The notes below the pieces were generated by a model. It was not told where the DNA came from, made no database searches, and saw only the letters and a list, made by a program, of their open reading frames with translations. 64,000 bases of DNA from Candidatus Aegiribacteria sp. (GTDB lineage: Bacteria; Fermentibacterota; Fermentibacteria; Fermentibacterales; JCC-6): NCBI GenBank assembly GCA_046498225.1, contig JAWOBF010000061.1, positions 3,709 through 67,708 of the forward strand, read 5' to 3'. Position numbers and translations under genes: made by a program. Positions 26,596-33,841 of the stretch are shown here, in pieces. The stretch's first letter is position 1, and each line of letters begins with the position of its first letter.

Positions 26596-27746
26596 ACGGA
26601 GAACTCCCCGTACACCCCGAGGACCTTCTCTGTCATTCCTTCTATGGTGTGAAGGGCGGCGAAACCTTTGAGCTTCCCCCTGTCCGTCGCGGTGTCCAGC
26701 GCTTCCAGAACGGCCATGGAGATGGACCGGGGATCGAACCCGGAAGCCACAGTCGAAATACCCGAGTAGATCTCGGTCAGAGCCGCGGCGGGAGTCACAA
26801 CCGAAGGTACACCCGCCGACGCGGCCTCCAGCGGCGGCAGGCCGAAACCCTCGTACAGGGAGGGGTAGACCATGAGGGAAGCGCCGCTGACACAGCTCTT
26901 CAGAAGTTTCTCGGACAGACTGCCGGTATGCAGCACTCCCGCGGTTCCCATGAGGTCCCTTCTAAGGTCCGGCGGTCCCCAGCCCCACCTTCCCGCTATA
27001 ACCAGGGTCAGCCCGGGGTGCTCCCGCCTTACTTCCGGCCATGCTTTCAGTAGAGCGCTCAGGTTCTTTCTGGGCTCGACCGTGCCTGCGAAGACGATGT
27101 AGCCGTTACGAATGTCGAAGGCGTCCCTGAAGATCTCCGGATCTTCCAAGAACGGCTCCGTGCACAGATATATCCTTCGAATCCTGTCCCTTTCCACCTT
27201 CAGGAGAGTCGCCGCCTCTTCTCCGGTGAAATCGCTGTCCACCATCACAGCGTCCGCCTTCAGGGCAACCCTTTTGAAGTGCAGTCTGTAGTAGATCGAT
27301 CTGAAGGGGGGGAACCAGGAGGGATGGCGGCAGAAAGCCAGATCATGCAGCGTGACCACCAGCGGGACCCCGGGAACCCCTCTTCCGGAGAATGCGGGCA
27401 GATGGACAAGGCCGGGCCGATGCCTCCTCCCTGTTGCCGGAATGAGCAGGTTCTCCCATATGATCTTTACCGCGCCGGACATAGGTTTCATGTCCAGTGC
27501 CCTTCGGGGGGTGGTGATAACTCCTCCCACCGCCGCGAGGACACCGGTATCTATTCCGCTCAGTCCGAACAGCAGCCTTTCGAGGTAAACACCGGTACCG
27601 CCCCTGTTGCCAAGGGCGTCAGCGTATATCAGTACCGGTCCTTTGCTCCCTCCGGGGCTAGCGGATCTCAACTTGGCACGAACTGCCGGCTGTGAGCCTG
27701 GCGGCTGAGCCGGTGACCTTGACGTCTTCGCCTGTAATGGAATCAC
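26592..27746 (-). CDS. glycosyltransferase family 4
   Basis: YPSLYEGFGLPPLEAASAGVPSVVT. The start is uncertain: the track start at 27746 overlaps the upstream gene by 89 nt, and an in-frame TTG at 27671 would cut this to 14 nt. Confidence 0.8.
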   Translation of the reverse strand: MIPLQAKTSRSPAQPPGSQPAVRAKLRSASPGGSKGPVLIYADALGNRGGTGVYLERLLFGLSGIDTGVLAAVGGVITTPRRALDMKPMSGAVKIIWENLLIPATGRRHRPGLVHLPAFSGRGVPGVPLVVTLHDLAFCRHPSWFPPFRSIYYRLHFKRVALKADAVMVDSDFTGEEAATLLKVERDRIRRIYLCTEPFLEDPEIFRDAFDIRNGYIVFAGTVEPRKNLSALLKAWPEVRREHPGLTLVIAGRWGWGPPDLRRDLMGTAGVLHTGSLSEKLLKSCVSGASLMVYPSLYEGFGLPPLEAASAGVPSVVTPAAALTEIYSGISTVASGFDPRSISMAVLEALDTATDRGKLKGFAALHTIEGMTEKVLGVYGEFSV

Positions 27747-28668
27747 GGACCATGGTTTCCTTTATGGCCGTTCCAGCCCCGAGGATGGAATTCGAGACAA
27801 TGGAGCCCTCTATTCTGCATCCCCCGGAAATGGAGACGAAGGGACCGATGATCGAGGATGCTATCTCCGCGTCCTCCTCCACGCTCACGGGAGGGATGAC
27901 CAGCGAGCCTTCAATGCCGCCCGGGTCCCTGCCCCTTCCCAGTTCCAGCAGCCGGCGGTTGGTGGTGAGAATGGTCTCCGGTTTGCCGCAGTCGTACCAT
28001 CCGTCCACCTGGAATGCGCCGAACCTGTGTCCTTCGTCCAGCATCATCTGCATGGCGTCGGTGAGCTGGTACTCGCCCCTTGTCTTCCTGCCGCTTCGTA
28101 CGAGCCTCTCCGTTGCCTCCATGAGAAGGCTGCCGGACCGGAAGCCGTATATTCCGACTATGGCCAGGTCGCTGACGAACTCCGAAGGCTTCTCCACCAG
28201 CTTCATTACTCTGTCACCCTGCATGACCACCACGCCGAACCTCCTGGGGTCCTCCACCCTTCTGACGGCTATCATATTGCGGTCTTCACTTATGGCCTCT
28301 TTAAGGTCCGCGCTGAAAAGGGTGTCTCCCAGCACCACCAGTGTCGGGCGGTCATCCGCCATGGGAGAAGCGAGGCTGATGGCGGAGGCAAGTCCGTCCA
28401 TCTTCTCCTGGAAGGCGAAATCGACCTCTATGTCAGGGTAGTTCTTCCGGGTCCAGTCCACTATCTCATCCCCCAGGTAACCTACGATCAGAGTAATGTG
28501 ATCCACCCCGGAGTCGACCAGGCCGTCGATTATGTGTCCCAGCATGGTGTTCCCCGCGAGTCGAATGAGGACCTTGGGGACGGACCATGTGAGAGGTCTC
28601 ATTCTGGTGCCCTTTCCCGCCACGGGGATTATCGCGTGCATATCAGACGTCACCATCCTTCCTGTCAC
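27658..28668 (-). CDS. sugar-phosphate nucleotidyltransferase with a C-terminal left-handed beta-helix
   Basis: MHAIIPVAGKGTRMRPLTWSVPKVLIRLAG (GxGTRxxPxT motif) plus C-terminal hexapeptide-like repeats. The start may be the ATG at 28641 (MHAIIP). Confidence 0.85.
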   Translation of the reverse strand: MTGRMVTSDMHAIIPVAGKGTRMRPLTWSVPKVLIRLAGNTMLGHIIDGLVDSGVDHITLIVGYLGDEIVDWTRKNYPDIEVDFAFQEKMDGLASAISLASPMADDRPTLVVLGDTLFSADLKEAISEDRNMIAVRRVEDPRRFGVVVMQGDRVMKLVEKPSEFVSDLAIVGIYGFRSGSLLMEATERLVRSGRKTRGEYQLTDAMQMMLDEGHRFGAFQVDGWYDCGKPETILTTNRRLLELGRGRDPGGIEGSLVIPPVSVEEDAEIASSIIGPFVSISGGCRIEGSIVSNSILGAGTAIKETMVRDSITGEDVKVTGSAARLTAGSSCQVEIR

Positions 28669-30421
28669 GGTGTATCTCGTCCAGTATTATCTGCGGATAC
28701 CTTGAGGCGACGTAATGAAGTACGAACCTCCTTATCTCATCACCGGAACCCATGGAGAGGGCGGTGGCGGCGATTTCCTCCGCTTCCTTCATCTCGATGA
28801 CCCTTATCATCTCCTTGACGTCCGGTATCAGCGTGATGGGGACGCTGAACTCGTTGAGACCGAAACCGAGAAGAAGGGGAACGGCCAGGGGGTCGCTGGC
28901 CATCTGGCCGCAGATGCCCACCCATTTTTCAGCTTCCCTGCATTTTTCGGCCACCATCGATATCTGACGGATGACCGCCGGATGGAAAGAATCGAAGAGC
29001 TCGGAGACGTAGGGGCTGCCCCTGTCCACCGCCAGGGTATACTGGGTGAGGTCATTGGAGCCTATGGAGAAAAAATCGCTGTGGGGGATGAGCAGGTCCA
29101 CAGCCAGTGCTGCCGCCGGGGTTTCCACCATTATTCCAAGGGGGGGGATATCGCCCCTCTTCACCCCTTCCCGGTCGAGCCTGGCCGCTATCTCCTTCAG
29201 CATGGACCTGACCCTGATTATCTGGCTCTGGTCCGTGATCATGGGTATCATTATTCTGCAGTTGCCGAACCTGGCCGCCCTGAGAAGGGCCCGCAGCTGG
29301 GGGGTGAACTTCTCCGGCCTGTCAAGACATATCCTGATTGCCCTCCACCCGAGGAACGGGTTCCTCTCCACCGTTGGTATGGTGTCCAGGAACTTGTCCC
29401 CCCCAAGGTCCAGGGTCCTGATTATCACCGGGTCCGGATCCAGGGTTTCGAGAACGTGCGTGTACGCCTCGTAATGAGCTTCCTCGCAGTCCCCCCCACC
29501 CGGCGCCAGCATCCTTATGAACTCGGTCCTGAAGAGTCCCACTCCCCGGCCTCCGAAACGTCCAACCTGGTCCGCCTCCTGGGAGAACTCTATGTTGGCT
29601 GAAAGCTCTATGGGAATGCCGTCCGCGGTGACGGTGGGATTCTCGGCGTTAAGGGCTATCTCGGCCTCCGCGATGTTGTATCTCTGCTTCAGATGGGAAT
29701 AGTACTCCAGTTCCTCATCGTCGGGGTCGAGTATCACGGTGCCGTGGATGCCGTCGATTATCACCGTCTGTCCCGGCAAAGCGCACTCCGCCACGTCCCC
29801 CAGACCGACAACCGCCGGTATGCCCATGCTCCTGGCCAGAATGGAAGTGTGAGATGTGGATCCACCAAGGTCGGTCACGATGCCCAGGAGCTGCCTGCGG
29901 GAGAGTCCCGCCGTCTGGGAGGGGTCGAGGTCACGGGAGACCAGGATGACCGGGTTGTTCAGTGTTTTCAGCGCTTCCCGCTCCGTGCCCATCAGATTGG
30001 CCATGAGCCTTCGGCCCACGTCTCGCACGTCCGCCCCCCTGCTTCTGAGGTAGGGGTCCTTCATGGAGTTGAACCTCTCCAGGACATCGTACAGAACCTG
30101 GCTCACAGCGTACTCCGCGCTTACCTTCTCCCGCCTTATCCTCCGTTCCACGTCGGATATCAACGAGGGGTCGTTGAGAAGGAGTATGTGGACTTCGATA
30201 AGCTGCTGCCCCTCTATCAGGTCGCTTATCCTGTCGGATATGATCTCCAGTTCCTTCCGGGTTTGCTCCAGGGCCTCCCTGAACCTGCCAAGCTCCACCT
30301 CCACCTGGTCCTCGGTCGTGAGCTCCCTCTTCCTTACCCTTATCTCCTCCACGTTCAGGAGGAAGGCGGGTCCTATGGAAACGCCCGGCGAGGCGGGCAC
30401 TCCGGTAAGTCTGATGCTCAA
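28643..30421 (-). CDS. ptsI: phosphoenolpyruvate-protein phosphotransferase (PTS Enzyme I)
   Basis: GGSTSHTSILARSMGIPAVVG contains the active-site His. Also GLFRTEF and FFSIGSNDLTQYTLAVDR. Confidence 0.95.
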   Translation of the reverse strand: MSIRLTGVPASPGVSIGPAFLLNVEEIRVRKRELTTEDQVEVELGRFREALEQTRKELEIISDRISDLIEGQQLIEVHILLLNDPSLISDVERRIRREKVSAEYAVSQVLYDVLERFNSMKDPYLRSRGADVRDVGRRLMANLMGTEREALKTLNNPVILVSRDLDPSQTAGLSRRQLLGIVTDLGGSTSHTSILARSMGIPAVVGLGDVAECALPGQTVIIDGIHGTVILDPDDEELEYYSHLKQRYNIAEAEIALNAENPTVTADGIPIELSANIEFSQEADQVGRFGGRGVGLFRTEFIRMLAPGGGDCEEAHYEAYTHVLETLDPDPVIIRTLDLGGDKFLDTIPTVERNPFLGWRAIRICLDRPEKFTPQLRALLRAARFGNCRIMIPMITDQSQIIRVRSMLKEIAARLDREGVKRGDIPPLGIMVETPAAALAVDLLIPHSDFFSIGSNDLTQYTLAVDRGSPYVSELFDSFHPAVIRQISMVAEKCREAEKWVGICGQMASDPLAVPLLLGFGLNEFSVPITLIPDVKEMIRVIEMKEAEEIAATALSMGSGDEIRRFVLHYVASRYPQIILDEIHRDRKDGDV

Positions 30422-30426
30422 ATCAT

Positions 30427-30693
30427 TCAGTCCTCTCCAAACCCTTCCCGAATGAGCCTGACGACGGAACTGACGGCTTCCTGTTCATCTTCTCCCTCCG
30501 CCTTCACCTCTATGACGCTTCCCCTGCACGCCGCCAGCGTCATCACCCCCATGATGCTCTTCGCGTTGACCGTCACTCCGTCGACCGTGAGGTCGACGGT
30601 GCTGTCGAACAGTGAAGCGGTTTTGACTATCTGGGCCGCGGGCCTGGCGTGAATTCCCAGCGTGTTCACCACTTCGGCTTTCTCAGTTTTCAA
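30427..30693 (-). CDS. ptsH: phosphocarrier protein HPr
   Basis: 88 aa with GIHARPA (His15) and NAKSIMGVMTL (Ser46). Confidence 0.9.
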   Translation of the reverse strand: MKTEKAEVVNTLGIHARPAAQIVKTASLFDSTVDLTVDGVTVNAKSIMGVMTLAACRGSVIEVKAEGEDEQEAVSSVVRLIREGFGED

Positions 30694-30711
30694 TGGAGCC
30701 TCCGGTTCGGT

Positions 30712-31683
30712 TCATTCGCCTCTGGATTCGGTCTCTTTCCTGATTATTCGGTGGATCAGGTCCCTCTCCACCTCTTCCGGCACGTTCCTGCCTTTCTTCA
30801 GCAGCAGGTGGTTCATCACCGCGACCTCCAGGAGGAGGGTGAGGTTCCTGCCGGGAAGCACGGGTATGACCGTCCTGGGTATCGGAAGGTCCAGTATTGT
30901 GCTGAGCTGCTGGACAAGGCCGGTCCTGTCGAAATCCTGGTTCTCCCTGGTCCATTCCTCCAGCTTTACCTCGAGGCTTATCTGCTGCCTGTCCTTTACC
31001 GCCCTTATTCCGTAGAAAGCGGAAACATCCACCAGCCCCAGTCCCCTTATCTCCATATGATGGGCCATGGCGGAGTCGCCGGCCCCGAACAGGGCGCTGC
31101 CTATGCGGTGCACGTGAACGATGTCGTCGGCTATGAGCCTGTGGCCCCTCTCTATGAGACCCAGGACCGTCTCGCTCTTCCCTATCGCGCTCCTTCCGGT
31201 GCACAGCAGGCCGGCCCCGAACACCTCCACCAGTGTTCCGTAGACATCAGTCCTGGGAGCGAAAACGAGATCCAGGAAATTCGTCAGGTCATGTATGAGG
31301 GGAGTGGTGTCCCGGCTGGAACGGAAAAGGGCGGCGCCGTTCTTCTCGGAGAGGTCCACCAGTTCCTTCGGAGGTTCCAGATCCTTGGTGACGATAGAGC
31401 AGTAGACGGGAAGGTCGAAGAGGGAGGTGAGCGATGAACTTCTCTCATGGTCCTGAAGGGACTCGAGGTAGGATATCTCCGTCTCTCCGAATATCTGTAT
31501 GCGCTCGTGCAGGAACTTGTGAAGATAACCGGTGAGAGCCATTCCAGGCCGGCTGATGTCGGGGGATGAAACCGTCCTGTCGTGCCCGGTGTCTCCGTTC
31601 ACCGGGCGAAGATCCAGCTCGTCACCCAGTATATCGAACAGCCTTCCGACGGTGAGTTCCTTCCTGTCGGGGATGTCTCTCAT
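30712..31683 (-). CDS. hprK: HPr kinase/phosphorylase
   Basis: P-loop and signature region GRSAIGKSETVLGLIERGHRLIADD, then HHMEIRGLGLVDV. Confidence 0.92.
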   Translation of the reverse strand: MRDIPDRKELTVGRLFDILGDELDLRPVNGDTGHDRTVSSPDISRPGMALTGYLHKFLHERIQIFGETEISYLESLQDHERSSSLTSLFDLPVYCSIVTKDLEPPKELVDLSEKNGAALFRSSRDTTPLIHDLTNFLDLVFAPRTDVYGTLVEVFGAGLLCTGRSAIGKSETVLGLIERGHRLIADDIVHVHRIGSALFGAGDSAMAHHMEIRGLGLVDVSAFYGIRAVKDRQQISLEVKLEEWTRENQDFDRTGLVQQLSTILDLPIPRTVIPVLPGRNLTLLLEVAVMNHLLLKKGRNVPEEVERDLIHRIIRKETESRGE

Positions 31684-31697
31684 GGGGACCAGCTCCG

Positions 31698-32240
31698 TTA
31701 CTCCTGTTCTCTGACCAGCTCCACCACCTGGGTCTTGCCCCCGCTGGCGGAATAGACAACACTCAGTCTGCCCGTTTCATTGTTCTGAAATACATAGCGC
31801 TCATCAGGGTCTATCTCGTAGTTGATTATGGCTTCCTCGGTGTTCAGCCTGGGTATTACCCTGGTGTCATCGATGAGTATACCCCCCTCAAGATCCGACT
31901 CCTCCGCCGGCACATAGTAGCTCACGGACTCACCGTTGGTATCGTGGTTCTTTCTGTGGTTGTGCATCTTGTCCTTGAACTTGCGTACCTGGCTTTCGAG
32001 GGTTTCGAACGCGTCGTCGAAAGCGGAGTAGATATCGTGGGACTTGGCTTTCGAGTCCAGCTTGATATGGTTGCCCCGAACCTGAATATGTACATGGTTG
32101 GTGCCGGATGTCACCTCGAGGATCACATGTATGTTCATTATACCGTCGTAGAATCGGTCGATCGTGCTCAGTTTCTTCTCAACGTGCTGCTTCAGGGCAT
32201 CCGTAAGGTCGAAATGCCTTCCGCTGATGTCAATGTTCAT
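31698..32240 (-). CDS. hpf: ribosome hibernation promoting factor (long form)
   Basis: MNIDISGRHFDLTDALKQHVEKKLSTIDRFY plus a C-terminal dimerisation extension. 180 aa. Confidence 0.9.
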   Translation of the reverse strand: MNIDISGRHFDLTDALKQHVEKKLSTIDRFYDGIMNIHVILEVTSGTNHVHIQVRGNHIKLDSKAKSHDIYSAFDDAFETLESQVRKFKDKMHNHRKNHDTNGESVSYYVPAEESDLEGGILIDDTRVIPRLNTEEAIINYEIDPDERYVFQNNETGRLSVVYSASGGKTQVVELVREQE

Positions 32241-32427
32241 TGAGTACTCCTTCCTGGAAGTTTCCCGTTATGGGCGGGACTGATGAACATGAACAAAAAA
32301 ATGCTGCTCTGCATATGCCGTTTATGCACATTCCGAGCAGCCTGGGACTCATCGATGTATTTATCACGAATAAATAATATAGTTCCCTGTGAGCGGGGTC
32401 AACTACGGAATTCGGCAACCGCGGGAA

Positions 32428-33813
32428 TCATCTGTTGTACCTGCTGATGAATTCCTCCACCTCGGGCACCCCTCCCTGGAGTATCAGGTAGCCGTTGTGA
32501 GGCTCCCTCTCCGTTATCTCTCCGGCTATGGGATTGCACATTATCTCCCTGACCTCTTCCCGGTCACCTGTCTGGCCAAGGGCCCAGCACAGCTTAACGT
32601 ACGCCACCTCCGGAAGCATGTTGGCGGCGGGTACCACTCCCAGGTCCATTATGTCCCTGCCGGTATCGTAGACGAACATCTGCACGTACCCCCACAGGGT
32701 CTGCACCGTCATGTAGACGTGGACCCCCCGGTCGCACGCTCTCTTCAGGGAGGGATAGAGGGGCTTGTTAACGTGACCCAGTCCGGTGCCGGCTATCACT
32801 ATTCCCCTGTAGCCGTTGTCCACCAGTGAATCGATTATGTCCGGCTGCATGTTGGGGTAGTAGTAGACGATGGAGACCCTGGGGTCGAAGGCGGTGTTTA
32901 TCTTCACCTTCCGGTCCCCGCGCCGCTTCCTGTAGTCCTCATTGAGGATGGTTATACTGTCCTTCCTGACCATTGCCAGGGGAATGTCGCCTATGGTCCT
33001 GAAGGTGGATCTGTAGGAAGAGTGCATCTTCCTCACCCTGGTGCCCCTGTGCAGGAGGTCGTACTGGTCGCTGGTGGGACCGAACATGCAAACCATCACC
33101 TCCGCTATGTCGCTCCTGGCCGCGGCGTAGGTGGCGTTCATCAGGTTTATGGCGGCGTCGCTGGAGGGTCTGTCGCTTGACCGCTGCGAGCCCACCATCA
33201 CTATGGGGACCGGAGGGTCCTGGACCATGAACGATAGAATCGCGGCGGTATGGTGCATGGTGTCCGTCCCGTGACCTATGACGATGCCGTCCACTCCGTT
33301 CTCGATCTCCCTGCCGATGGCCTCCGCCGTCCCCTTCCACTGCTCCGGGCCCATGTTCTCGCTGAACACTCCGTACAGCTTCTCGGTCTTCAGGTTGCAT
33401 ATGTCCGCCAGTTCCGGCACCGAGCCGTAAAGTTCTCCCGGTGAGAACGCGGGAATGACGGCGCCGGTCCTGTAATCGAGCCTGGACGCTATGGTGCCGC
33501 CGGTCCCGAACAGTTTGACGTCGGGTTTGCCGGGGTCGAAGGGAAACTCCTTCTCCGGTATCTTGTAATGGGCCTCTATTCTGCCCTTCTCCTTAATGGA
33601 CTGGACGGTGTCCACGTCTATTCCCACGTTGTAGCCGTTATGGATCTTGAGCACTATGTGGTAATCGTCCGCGGTCTCCGAGCGAGGCAGGATGACGCCC
33701 TTGAATCCCCCCCTGGTGGATTTTATCTCCACGTCCGACCACACGCCCACATCGTATTTCTTCAGACATTCGAGGCCTCTGCCCCTGTATCCCTTGTAAC
33801 GGTCGGAAGACAG
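32428..33813 (-). CDS. gatD: archaeal-type Glu-tRNA(Gln) amidotransferase subunit D (GatD)
   Basis: GatD N-terminal beta domain (VEIKSTRGGFKGVILPRSETADDYHIVLKIHNGYNVGI) plus a type-I asparaginase domain (GTGGTIASRLDYRTGAV, HGTDTMHHTAA). I extended the start to CTG 33813, which lies 7 nt downstream of GGAGGTG; the track start at GTG 33750 would truncate the conserved N-terminus. Confidence 0.88.
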   Translation of the reverse strand: MSSDRYKGYRGRGLECLKKYDVGVWSDVEIKSTRGGFKGVILPRSETADDYHIVLKIHNGYNVGIDVDTVQSIKEKGRIEAHYKIPEKEFPFDPGKPDVKLFGTGGTIASRLDYRTGAVIPAFSPGELYGSVPELADICNLKTEKLYGVFSENMGPEQWKGTAEAIGREIENGVDGIVIGHGTDTMHHTAAILSFMVQDPPVPIVMVGSQRSSDRPSSDAAINLMNATYAAARSDIAEVMVCMFGPTSDQYDLLHRGTRVRKMHSSYRSTFRTIGDIPLAMVRKDSITILNEDYRKRRGDRKVKINTAFDPRVSIVYYYPNMQPDIIDSLVDNGYRGIVIAGTGLGHVNKPLYPSLKRACDRGVHVYMTVQTLWGYVQMFVYDTGRDIMDLGVVPAANMLPEVAYVKLCWALGQTGDREEVREIMCNPIAGEITEREPHNGYLILQGGVPEVEEFISRYNR

Positions 33814-33820
33814 CTGGGAT

Positions 33821-33827
33821 CACCTCC
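33821..33827 (-). promoter_or_regulatory. Shine-Dalgarno GGAGGTG positioned 7 nt upstream of the CTG start of gatD
   Basis: The minus strand reads GGAGGTG-ATCCCAG-CTG TCT TCC GAC. An in-frame TGA lies within ...GGTGAT..., so no ATG, GTG or TTG is available between that stop and 33750. Confidence 0.6.
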
Positions 33828-33841
33828 CTATTCTTCTGCGG

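Noticed and set aside
26727-26743. Perfect T-arm-like sequence CCGGG-TTCGATC-CCCGG (minus strand). A similar one occurs at 58172..58187.
   Set aside because: No acceptor, D or anticodon arms can be built at the required distances. Both lie inside well-supported CDSs (GT4 ...GFDPRS...; sulfatase ...GIEPGG...). They are coincidental codon strings.
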